Position numbers and translations under genes: made by a program. The notes under the pieces are model-generated. The model ran no database searches and had not been told where the DNA came from. It was given only the letters and a program-made list of their open reading frames with translations. A stretch of 62,777 bases of DNA, the filler included, from Choristocarpus tenellus KU-1152 (lineage: Eukaryota > Protista > Phaeophyceae), in the NCBI GenBank assembly GCA_964200185.2. It is 7 parts of 7 records of this genome, joined end to end, with 100 filler letters (N's around TTAATTAATTAA, not from the genome) between each part and the next. Parts side by side here need not be neighbours in the genome. Positions count along the whole stretch, not along the records: positions 20,934 to 36,297 come from CAXNAD020001011.1; positions 36,398 to 40,488 come from CAXNAD020016273.1; positions 40,589 to 46,447 come from CAXNAD020009573.1; positions 46,548 to 53,799 come from CAXNAD020006459.1; 3 more parts are not named here. The stretch is one strand, 5' to 3'. Positions 35,551 to 46,896 of this stretch are shown piece after piece (the stretch's first letter is position 1; each line of letters begins with the position of its first letter).

Positions 35551-36181
35551 TAAGATCAGCTAGATCAACTGCTTCTGTACAGGCAGATACAGACTCCCTC
35601 TAGGCACAGCCTTCCCCCCGATGCTTACCCCCTAGTGGTGCTGTTGGAGCATTGTGGCTGCTCTTTGGTGGAACTTCTCCTCCTGTTCATTCCCCGAGCT
35701 TGGTCTATACAGCCCCTTCCCGTGCCTTTCCTCCTTGTAGTACTGGAGCTATAATGTGGCTGTCAATTGTCAGAGCTTCTTCTTCATCTCGTCCTCTCTC
35801 CTCCACAGAGCAGCCCCACGGTTTACCTAGGTACCACCCTCCCTGTTTTTTTCCTCCAGGAGTTGCAGGAGTGCAGTGACCCATAGTATCTCACATGGGG
35901 GGGTCAAACGTCCAGTCTGGGCCTTTGTGATCCTATAGATACTTTCGTGTCATAAGAGTTAACGTGTCAGGTGTAAAGGTAATTTCCTTCGTCTAAATGC
36001 ACCCTCCTTTTCTATACCCCTCCCTGAACCAAATTTGAAGGAAATCGCTCTTACAATGGGTATCAAACTGGGATATTTTACAACAACTCATCAAGTCCCG
36101 AACGGACAAACAGGACAAAACCCTCCCCCCTCTAATATATTATGACCCAGTGCCTACTATCTCGCGGAGCTTCCCCTCTTC

Positions 36182-36242
<61 letters not shown>

Positions 36243-36784
36243 CCGGCGTCTCGTACGCGCGCCCCCTGTCATGTCTCGACCCCCACAAGCCGCAGCTNNN
36301 NNNNNNNNNNNNNNNNNNNNNNNNNNNNNNNNNNNNNNNNNTTAATTAATTAANNNNNNNNNNNNNNNNNNNNNNNNNNNNNNNNNNNNNNNNNNNNCAA
36401 ACTCGCATAAATATCTCTGCGATTTTGTGCCAAATCGCCCGAATACGAGAAAAAAAGAAAAAAAACCTATTTTTTTAGCATGTCGAAACAAGCGGTACAA
36501 CATTGCATTTTTTCGATTTGGTTCATAATATTTGGCCCAAAATAGGGGCACCTACTGTACTAGAAATAATAGGATAAATAAATCAATACAAATTTGTGAA
36601 TAGACAAATAATGCAAAAATCGGTCGAAAAATGTCGATGTTGTGGTGGATCATAATCGAACAGTAACCTTGGCAAACAATGGGAGACTTGGTTGGAGTTC
36701 CTAAGTGTTGTAAAGGGGTGTTTACAAAAAAATAGGCGAAAATTTGAGGTACTCATTTCTTCTGTGATTTTTTTCCCAATACCT

Positions 36785-37049
36785 GAGCCAAACCAATTGA
36801 GAGGTAGGCAGGATTGAACCCTTTTGCATTCTAAGTCATATATCTTAACTTGTCCAATTCACTCTATTTCATTGCTTCATGTGTACAATAGTGTAAGCAA
36901 TGTTGATAGTCCCCCTTCCCGCACTCAAAGTGACACCACAGTTCAGGGAAGACTTTTTCTGCAACCAATTGTACAAAATGGCGTCTCTTAATCTTTTGGG
37001 GGGGGATTCTGAAAATGCAACCCTATCTACCTCTCAGTTGGTTTGGGTC
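36785..37049. mobile_element. MITE family C, copy 1 (265 bp)
   Basis: TIRs GAGCCAAACCAATTGAGAGGTAGGCAGG / CCCTATCTACCTCTCAGTTGGTTTGGGTC. Confidence 0.85.
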
Positions 37050-37176
37050 ACTGTCACTAGATTCGTATTGGTGTGTATCTGAGAGACTGTTGCGTGTATA
37101 CTTTGCGGGTAGAAGAAACTGAAGAGCTGTCAAGAGGATTTTTTTGCGTTTGCTACCCATTTCTAGTTTTCATTTT

Positions 37177-37437
37177 GAGTCAACCCAACTGAGAGGTAGG
37201 CAGGGTTGCATTTTAAGGATCCCGAGAAAGAAAGGGCAAAATACAGCATTTTGAACAATTGCAAAAAGAGTATTTACAGAATTGTGGTGTCACTTTGTGT
37301 GTGGAAAGGGGGAATATCAATTCAGTGTGCATTATGACGCCACAAAGATATGAAATAGAGTGTATTGCACAGGGTAAGAATTGTGACATAGAACTCAAAA
37401 CGGTTCAAAATTGCCTACGTCTCAATTGGTTTGACTC
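37177..37437. mobile_element. MITE family C, copy 2 (261 bp), inverted relative to copy 1
   Basis: TIRs GAGTCAACCCAACTGAGAGGTAGGCA / TGCCTACGTCTCAATTGGTTTGACTC; the interior is a diverged reverse complement of copy 1; flanked by TTT/TTT. Confidence 0.85.
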
Positions 37438-37809
37438 TTTAGATTTAGGGCATCACGTAGTGAGATATTATATACTTGACATTCGCTATACCCTTCATCT
37501 GTTTGTGTGTGTATCAATGTGTGTGTGCCTACACATTGCTGATTCAGTTCAGGTGTGTCCCTCCTATTACCTTCCTTGACAGCCTCCCATGCGTTTACCT
37601 TCATTTAGGTGTTGCGAAGGAAGACAAGAGCAGCACATTATCTGGGTCCATGTTTGCAGCAGAAACCGTTCAGAAGGACGGGAGGATGTGCAACATTCAG
37701 GGCACTTCAAGGGACTTCCACAGGATGCCCCAAGCACGCACAAGCATACCAAAACGTTGCTCGATGGCAATCCTGGTGTTGGACTGTTTATACTAACACA
37801 CACAGTACG

Positions 37810-38600
37810 TCAACTATCAAATAAAAACAACTGATTGCAAGATTTGATCAACAAGGCGTTCTTAGTGTGAAGAGAATCCAACATATTCCTTTTGTTACCT
37901 AAGGGTTTATTCCAAAATCCCGTGAAGAAGCACGAAGTTGCTGAATAAACTTGAGGAGACATAACGATTTGGAGGAACACCCCACCAGCAGCACCCCCAA
38001 ATTTCGTCATGATACTGACAGCACTTCGTCTCCTGAGTCTGTCTGCCGCAAAGTCCAGTTAGTCCTCCGAGGGCCACTCCAGTCAGTGTGAGTTTCTTGC
38101 AGTTTAGCGATCGCAGGTACAAAACTCCTCTTCAGGTATTATGCAATGATGTGTCCGTGAGGTCATAGACACTCCCACCAATCAGCCACCGGATCCCAAA
38201 GGCAAGAGCCCACTTCCTTGTTGCAGTTCCGTTCTTGAGGTTCTCCATCCTCCTATCTCAAGCGAAGGGTGCAGTAGACAGTACAAAAGCAAGAAAACAA
38301 GGGCATTATCCTTTACATGACTTTAGTTTTTTAAGTATAAATTTATTATGATAGTCCATGTGGGAGCGTGCACGGAAGGCTGCATCGTACAGCATGGGGC
38401 AAATTTGCAGATCCCACAGTCGCCTCCAATGTTCCACCAACGTTGCATGTGTGCGTGGAATCTGTTGATCCTAAGACCGAGCATTAACGCCAGAAACATG
38501 GCAAAGACTTTGTACTTCAAATAAAACATTCCAATCACCTTCGCTCCAATTATCTTCCTTGAACCCTCGCCATTGGGGACGTTATGCAATGTTTTTGTTC
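37810..38600 (-). pseudogene. Decayed hAT transposase C-terminal half
   Basis: Motifs in the expected order: FLALMLGLRINRF (hAT LDPR motif with two substitutions), DPVADWWE, then IVMSPQVYSATS...NKRNML...NALLIKS, resembling the hAT dimerisation domain. Frameshifts and stops lie between them. Confidence 0.5.
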
Positions 38601-38781
38601 CATCAACCTGTGTGGAGTGAGTGAGGGATGACGTAGCTTGAGTTTACAGGAGGGTTGTTAAATTTGTCTAGCACCATATTTTGGCTGTTGTTGCGGTTAA
38701 TCGTACCTACACTTGAATAAGGTTGCTCTAACTTTATCTCATGATTCTTTCGTTTTCACTCTTCTTTACAATTCTTCATAA

Positions 38782-39042
38782 GAGCCAAAGTATCTTAGAG
38801 GGTAGAGCCGCGTCCATTTGGGGGCCAAAATCCAATGTTGCGATTTTGATATAATTTTGGCTGTTGTGTTTGTTAGGAAGTGTCAATATCCATGTTCTGG
38901 ACACACCTTTTAATAACATACATACTTTACCTACTCCAGCAACATTTTTTTAGTAGGAAAATGTCATAAAAGAACCCATGGGAAGCCAAGCCCCAAATGG
39001 ACAAACAGGCCAAAACCTGTACCCTCTAAGATACGTTTACTC
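38782..39042. mobile_element. MITE family A, copy 2 (261 bp)
   Basis: TIRs GAGCCAAAGTATCTTAGAGGGTA / TACCCTCTAAGATACGTTTACTC; on a different scaffold from copy 1. Confidence 0.85.
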
Positions 39043-39918
39043 ATGAATTGGGTAGAGACAGAAGACCTACCTACCCATTATCGATACCATTATCGGTCGT
39101 CTCATGACATGATTCGTATTGGACTGAGCGAAAATCCTGAACTCCCACCCTAATGGTATTATTCCACTGTAGCGTTATGGCGAGCAGAAGAAGGCAATCA
39201 CACACGCTGAAACTGTCAACACTAATTACGTTCTACATCAAGGACGTATAGGAGTTTGAAAATATTGTCCTACAAAGGAGCATTTATAATACACTAATAT
39301 TAATAAAGTATGTTAGAGCCATCTTCTAAAGAAGGTATACCTTGAAGGTAACCCATCTTGAAGAATCTGATATTCATACGATATTTGTTTCTACATGTTG
39401 AAGGTAACATCTCCTTGAAGCATTATACTAGTACTATTCTACCGGTGGCAGGGTCCTCTCTCATGAAAGACAGCCAGGATAAGGAAAACAACTTGAAATG
39501 CCTTACGCTTCTTAGGTGGGACAAATCATTTGGCAGCAACGCCACCTGTGTGGCCGTCAGCACCACCAGTGACATTGTGGACATCGTCAACTGGGAAATT
39601 GTACATTAATCTGATAAACTCCGAGCTAAAGGCAGCAGTCGAGGGAAAACATCCTGCCGTCGTCACCACTGTGAAACAGATGGAAACAAGCCAACAGGTT
39701 CTTCGTACTGAAGAGGAGCAGGAAGACCCACAGGAGGCAAGGAAAAGGAGAGAGACATGACAAGAGGGAGAGAGAGCAATCCCTCACAAGATACTCAGGA
39801 AAAGAGTGAACAAGTGGTAAAGTGAATGAGGGGGGTTTGCAAGATCCCCTCAAACCACCCACTGTAGTCAACAGCCTGTGACAGATCGGTTTCACCAACG
39901 GGCCAGGCACACTAGAAT

Positions 39919-40106
39919 GAGTGAACGTAAGCAATAGTTACCCGAGTTTTGGCCATTTTGCGTTGCCAGTTTTTCAATCTTACGAAATTCACCCATATTT
40001 CTATGAAGTGCTAAATTTGACTAAGTTTGACTTGAGAGCATTGATTTCTCTATTGTGTCAGCATCCACAAAATGCAACTCTGGGTACCTTTCGCTTACTT
40101 TGACTC
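39919..40106. mobile_element. MITE family D (188 bp) with AAT target-site duplication
   Basis: TIRs GAGTGAACGTAAGCAATAGTTACCCGAGTT / AACTCTGGGTACCTTTCGCTTACTTTGACTC, with AAT on both flanks. Confidence 0.75.
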
Positions 40107-40468
40107 AATTACAGATGCCACTCCCACCCGCCGCCCCCTGCCCAGGCTCGGAACCACAAGGGATATATATATATATAGAAAAAAAGGTTAGCTCCAATTC
40201 AATGTGCATAAAAAATGCTGGCGAGATCAGGTAGTCATCCTTTTACAAATCACTATCAGCCAATCTTCGAGACCCTCCCTCATGTCAATGACATGATGGG
40301 CTTGTGACGAACAATCAGGACGAATGATCAACCATGGCCTGGGGCTAAGGGACCACCCAATACCTCATAATCTAGGAGCACCACTACCCTGGTATGTTGG
40401 AACAATTTTGCCATCAGCTTGATTCCAATATATCTCCCCCTCTCCTCGAGAGACCACCAGAGTTGACA

Positions 40469-40488
40469 GGGTCAAAGTATCTGAGGGG
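40469..40488. mobile_element. MITE family B terminus at a scaffold end
   Basis: GGGTCAAAGTATCTGAGGGG immediately before the linker. Confidence 0.65.
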
Positions 40489-41780
40489 NNNNNNNNNNNN
40501 NNNNNNNNNNNNNNNNNNNNNNNNNNNNNNNNTTAATTAATTAANNNNNNNNNNNNNNNNNNNNNNNNNNNNNNNNNNNNNNNNNNNNTCAAGCCCATCC
40601 TCAATGAAAAGCTCCATCCTCAATTTTTGAAATCGGCTGTTATTCTCTCACAAAAGTCCATTCGTTCAAACCACTGTTACCTGACAGTTTTTTGGGGGGC
40701 GGAGTTTGAGTTGGATGGACCAGTTCGCTGCTGGCAGATTTGAGGAGTGGGATTCCTCAGCTGTATGTCCAATTAGTTGTTGTAGTGGATAGAGGTTGGA
40801 GGCTATTGGACCATGCAGCAAATAGTAAAACCAAGTATAAGGCTATGATGGAGTAGATTCTGAATGTGTTTGATATATCAGACACCACAAATTTATTCCG
40901 ACCAGCATCATTTCCCACCACCATTATGTATTAGATATATTACAATATATTAAAAATGTGTATATATCGAAGATCTAAGATTTGATATTTTTCCTTTTCC
41001 TGTAATTGTGTATGAGTTGAGGTATAATTATATTTATCCTCTTCTTAAGGAGTTGAGATTTGGATATTTTTCCAGGATCTTTGAGATCGTCATTCATCGG
41101 CGATATATATATCGCATATCTATACGATGTGGGATAATTTGAATGATAAATTATTGTACCCTCTGATATTTGAATGATCGTTTTGTCAATATCCAACTTG
41201 ATAAGACTATGTTACAAACAAACCGTTTTAGAGACAAGTATCATATCGTATCGAAGTTGGAAAGCGAGACTGTCTAACCCTATGTTTATTGAACAACACT
41301 TTTTTTTTCCTTCTTAGAAGAAATAGGTATAGTAGTAATTTGTAGTTGGCGATAGTGTAACATATGTGAGCCTTGAGCGAAAATTTGCACGGCATCAAAG
41401 GGGAGTGTTGTGGTGAGTGAAGTAGTGATGGTGATAAGTCCGGATTTTCCGTTCAATTTCAACTGCATGTAGATTTTATGACTATGAAACGCGAATAATT
41501 GTCTTGTGCGCATGCTATGTTCAAGAAGGACGTAACGTGAAGGGGTTTTCAATTTTCACACATTGATGGATAATTCCACTTGGCATATTTCGTGCCACTG
41601 GAATGTGGGAGAGGGGATACCTGTGTGGGACCAATGTTTTTATTCATTTCCCCTCTGTGCAGTGACGGTCAGTGCTAGACGTGGATGCATCCAGTTCCCC
41701 ATTACAAACCACCTGGACGTGTACAGAAACAAACGGGGAGGACCTGTTTCCTTGGTTGGGATCTTCAACCCAGAGCAATT

Positions 41781-44700
41781 ATGCTGTTTGGAGGTGGACG
41801 AAGAGGAGGCTGGATGTTCTTGCTGCTCCTTTCTCTCGCAGCAGACTGGTTGACGCCAGGGTCTTCGCTGGTTATAGAGGAACCCATTCCAAGGGCGCTT
41901 TATCATGTGTGAGTCATGGCCAACATCAAATAGGCCGAGCCTCCATCCATAGCCGCGACCTGTCGATACTAATACCCTCAAGCTTCTCCGGTAGATCCTT
42001 TTCTGATGATTCCTTCTCTGTCAGCGGGATACCTTGCACTTGCCAAATATACTGGCGTGATTCCTTCTTGTCGAACTCTGAACGTTGTCCCTACCCTCTC
42101 CTGTCTGTAGCTGGTAGTAAAGTATTGCACCCACACAAATTATATGAACCCCTCAATCTCTCCATGTGATCAATCTCCATACCTCTTAAGAGCAACTCTC
42201 CAGATCGCCGAAGCTTCTCAAGAGTTTCCCGTTGTTCAACGCATACTCATGACCATGACATGTACCCCCCAACATCGAAACACCATACCAGCGCTGAATC
42301 AAATTGGAACTGATGATGTGAATGAAATGAGTCGCGATCGTATCTAAGAATGTTGACATGGAACCGAGGATACACATCAAGGTATTGAGGAGTGGTGAGT
42401 CATCCAAAGCGGCAGAGGTTTCCTTTGTGCTCGCGCTCTCCGTCCCTAGTGTCATTGTTGGAATGCCCCATGATGTCGAACCGTTTGGGATCTTGTCTCC
42501 TTATAACTCCTCCTAGTTCTTATCCCTCGAACTCCAGCGAATTAGACTTCTGCCTCCTTTCCCTGTCCTGCTGCCATCCCCCTACCTCCCTACAGTCCCG
42601 CCGCATTCGGGCCGGATGTGGCGGAGGTGACACCCCCTCTCGTGTCCCGACCCCTGATTGGGACAGTACCTAGGGATGCTTGCGTTCTGCCGAGCAATAG
42701 GAGGGATATCGGAGTGAAAGGTGCTATCGCACTTGTGGAGAGAGGGGGGTGCAACTTCACTCAAAAGGTTAATGCAATTTTAAGTGCCCCTTGTACATCT
42801 TGTAAAGTATAGAGCACAGGGTTGATAGGAGACATGTTAAATTTGAGACAAGATTGCTTGCTTACAGTTCGGGTTCATTCAGATGTCTCGCTTTGCTAAA
42901 GTCAAACCTTTTCACGCCTCTTCCAAAACACTGAACAGGGTTCTTTTTAAAGGCCTATGATTAGTGCAACCAGCATTGTGTGTTGGTTGTGAGCATTACT
43001 TTCTGTAAGCATAAGTTTGAGCATCCTCTGCCGTTAAAGAGTGATTGTGGCAATAGACTTGTAGAGGACCCCACAGACACTCAGCAGTTGAGAAATCTCT
43101 CACAGTTGAATAAGTTCTCGGCTCTATACGTAATGTAGGAAAATAAAAGTTTAGTTTTCTGGATACTGTTACACTTGATTCTATCTATCAAGTGGTGGTG
43201 CTGGTATATTTTTTCTCATCTTGTTTGTCCTTGCCCTTCTAACTTGTACTGTAGCAGAAACATGCCAAATCTGGCTTATCATATATGTGTTTTAATTTTT
43301 TTACTGGTTCAGATTGTGCAAGACATTCCAACTCATTTGTGTGAAAGCATCTGCTGAGTAGTAAAATTAATATGAGTGAAAAATATAGTTTTAACTAGAA
43401 AGAGTGAAACTATATTATGAAAGTGAAAATAAAATAGGAGTATGTCAGGACCCACTGAAATTGATGAGGGCTTGCCTTGACCATGTGAATGTACTTCATA
43501 GATTTATTACATCCCCCCAACTGTTTTGGCTTGCTCTACAATTGCTTCCAGATCTCAATACCCTCCTCCCCACCCCCCATCTCCCGACCTCCATCCCTCC
43601 GTGCGTTTAATACAAATGCAGAATTGATTCAAACCAAGAGAATTGAATGTGGTAATGCCTGTAAATTTGTTGTTTTGGTGTTCCAAATACTGTGTGTTGA
43701 TTGGTGCTGCTTAACACTCTTCTTCTTCCCATCTTCGGCCTCTTCCTGCTAGTAGTGAGTTTGATCACTCTGTACACCCCTCATGTTTCTTCTCGTTGGA
43801 ACTGCAATCCTTAAAAAAATATACGCTAGGTACAAAATGCACAGCAGGCGGGTGCATCAGCTGTGGTTGTGACAGACTCCAACATCTCTGAGGTTGCCTT
43901 TGATGAGTGGGCTATTACCATGTCTGGATCTGACGAAGGGACAGCTGGCATTACAATCCCGTCTGTGTTTGTATCAGGGAAAGATGGGGAGAGCCTATGG
44001 GCTTACAGCGATGGTCATGCAGCCTGGCATGGGGCAGGGAGTGGGCAGGGGGGGGGCATAACAGTGACGCTGAACAGCACAGGACGTGTACCACCTCATG
44101 GTCGAGGTTCCATGGGCCCACTGGAGACATTGGGTGTATACCTCATTGTATCATTTCTTCTTGTCACAGTGTCAGGCCTCGTTGGCCTCATTGTTGCTGT
44201 ATCGATCACATGGTAAGAGACAGACACACACAGAGAGAGAGAGAGTAGTCAGTTGAGAGTGAGGGTGAATGTAGGGACTTAGTTTGAGCAGTTCCTGAAG
44301 CAGGGACTGAGACAAGAGATGGTGGTAGTAATTGAGGGGATTGGTTCGCTGACAGACAGTTCCTTAGTCATTTTTTTCTTGTATACTGATCTTCAATGTA
44401 AGGGTTTCCAATATATCATGTTGTCTAGTTAACCATAATCCTGCCTATTTGTTGATGTAAGGGGGGGGGAGGGGAGGGGAGCATAGGTGTGGGTGGATGT
44501 ACCTCGAGTTTATCTAGGTATTAATAGCATTGGCTGCTTAGGTAATAGCTCCTTTCCTTGCCTCCCTCATCTTGTTCTGTAGATAATTTGGGCACAGTAA
44601 TGCCTATATTTTGGTGTTTGTAAGCTGGGGGGTTGCTGTTGTGATGGTTTCAAGTCCAGGAATTGGTAACAATTATTGTGGTGTTGGGATAATGACATAA

Positions 44701-46065
44701 AGCCATAGGTCATCTCTTCTCCTTGATGTTGAGAAGATTGACTTGTGTTGTAGGGAGGAATGGGAGAGATTCATTGTGGTTACCACAGGAGTTTACAAAC
44801 ACCAGGGACTACAATAGTCTATCTTGACTGTTTAAACACTAGATTCTAATTTAGTGTACCCCTGAACCAGTGTGGTGACTTTTTTTTTGGACAAAGTATG
44901 AAGCGTGGTTGAGCATCATGTGAGGCATAAATTAGAAGGGTTGAGATGATGTTTCAGCCCACCGTGTACAGTACAACACTGAAATAAACATTGTTTCAGT
45001 GCAGGAAGAAGCATTGAAGAATAGTCAATCCAGTGTATTCCGGTGCAGTGCATACTCAATTCTTAATTTTTTGGAGTATCCATATTTTACTTCTTGTTCA
45101 TCCCCTTTCATCCTTCACAATGTATGGTCTCCCTTTCAGTCAACCTCATTCATCCTTGCCCTCTCAAACTGCTCCCTGTGTTCCGGCGTTGCAGCTACCG
45201 TCGCAGCTATCGTTCCTGGGCAATGAAGAAACTTGCTGTATTCAAGTTCCGACGAGAAGAATCTTCTGTAACTGTCACTGGCAGCAGCCGCAAGGATCAT
45301 AGAGGTAATGTGCAAGGATTTCGCAATCCTAGGGATGGTCGAGCACGGGAGCGAGGACATGTGAGCATTGCGAACACAGGTAAAGGCGCGGGCGTCTCTG
45401 ACCTGATACGTCCAAGTGAACAGAAAGATGGACATAGTGAACATTGTAGCACCTCAAGTGAGTCTGCTCACACTCATGAGGCTGGAACGGTTGATGGCAG
45501 CAACGGGGACAAGCTTGTGGTAAATGAGCAGCGAGGGATGGTAAAAAAGACTAAGGAGGAGATGGCCTCAGGCAAGGATAAGGCTTGTTCTAAGGGTAAG
45601 ACTGTTGCTGGAGATGGGGATGGTGTGCAGGCATCAACAGCAGCAGTGGCAGTGGAAGCATTTCTTGACCGAGGGCATGATATGTGTGCAATCTGCCTGG
45701 ATAGTTACGAGGAAGGAGAGGCGTTGACGGCTCTTCCATGCAGCCATGCTTACCACACGGCCTGTATCCGACCGTGGCTGACGGCTCGGAGCGGGCTGTG
45801 CCCCATGTGTAAGAAAGAGGCATTTCCGCCTAAAGGGTCAGGGTTCTGTTTGGGAGGGGGGAGGGGTGGGGGGAGGGAAGCTGTTGGGGGTGGAGTTGGA
45901 GGTGGAAGTCAATCTGCAGGTGTGGGGGACTGGGGACTGATCCTGGAACCTGTGTTAGAGGAGCTGACAACCCTGTGCACGGAGAATCTTCAGCTTCTTG
46001 GAGTTGTATTCATGGCATGCCTGTCGTGTGGTGTCCTTGTGTCGAACCTCCTGGTGTGGGCTTGA
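41781..46065 (+). CDS. PA-TM-RING-H2 E3 ubiquitin ligase (RNF13/RMR-like), exons 41781-41908, 42596-42767, 43830-44212, 45195-46065
   Basis: Signal-peptide-like WMFLLLLSLAA; PA domain PAAFGP...DAC...IALVERGGCNFTQK|VQNAQQAGASAVVV...ITIPSVFVS; TM VYLIVSFLLVTVSGLVGLIVAVSI; RING-H2 CAICLDSY...LPCSHAYHTACIRPWL...CPMCK. An in-frame ATG at 41685 is an alternative start. Confidence 0.9.
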
Positions 46066-46896
46066 GAAAGAAATCTCTATTTTTTTTAGTTCAGAGGTCA
46101 ACTTTGTCGATGCTAGTCCTCTTGTTTCTTCAATGAAGAAGGTGGAGGAAGGAGTGACTTTACAATTTAGTAGTCCTGGTGCCTTTCTTTGGGTGGACAG
46201 CGAGGGGGAGGGGAGGTATAGGGGGAGGAGGACAGAAAAGGTACAAGTTTGTTAACATGCATATGCTTTTTCAATTTTTTTGGTGAGCACAGGGTTGGTT
46301 GTGCCCCAGTAGTGTATGTTGGCCCCGTCTCACCTCCACCTATTGTTATCCCTCTCTCCCCCCCCCCCCCCCCCACCACCAACAAAAAATTTTTTTTTTT
46401 CCCCAGGAGCCGCAACCATTTTTGCCCCCATTTTGTTGACATTTTTTNNNNNNNNNNNNNNNNNNNNNNNNNNNNNNNNNNNNNNNNNNNNTTAATTAAT
46501 TAANNNNNNNNNNNNNNNNNNNNNNNNNNNNNNNNNNNNNNNNNNNNGACCCCCCCCTCCCCCCCCCCAAGTTGAGATGTTCACCCTTGGATCCAAATCC
46601 AATCTTAAAACACTCTTGGTTCATTGACATTATCGAAAAATGTCCCTAAATGTCAGTGATTTAACATAGCACTATTCTTTCTTTTTTTTTCAAGTTTGGG
46701 TAAAGTACGGAAATAAAAAACGATAGGGTTAAGGTTTGGGTCAGTGTTGGTGTTAGTGATTGCTTTTTTCTCGAAGAGAACACGCCTATTACTTGCGCCG
46801 AAACAGTGACAATAATTTTTTATATTTTTCTTTCTTGACCCGAAACGCCTTACCCAGCCCCGGTGTCAAAATGTGTTCTCCACTGACCTCTCCCAG

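Noticed and set aside
36183-36240. Long C or G runs as G-quadruplex elements (also 46-81 and 19672-19701)
   Set aside because: They sit at contig ends or gaps where homopolymer length is unreliable.
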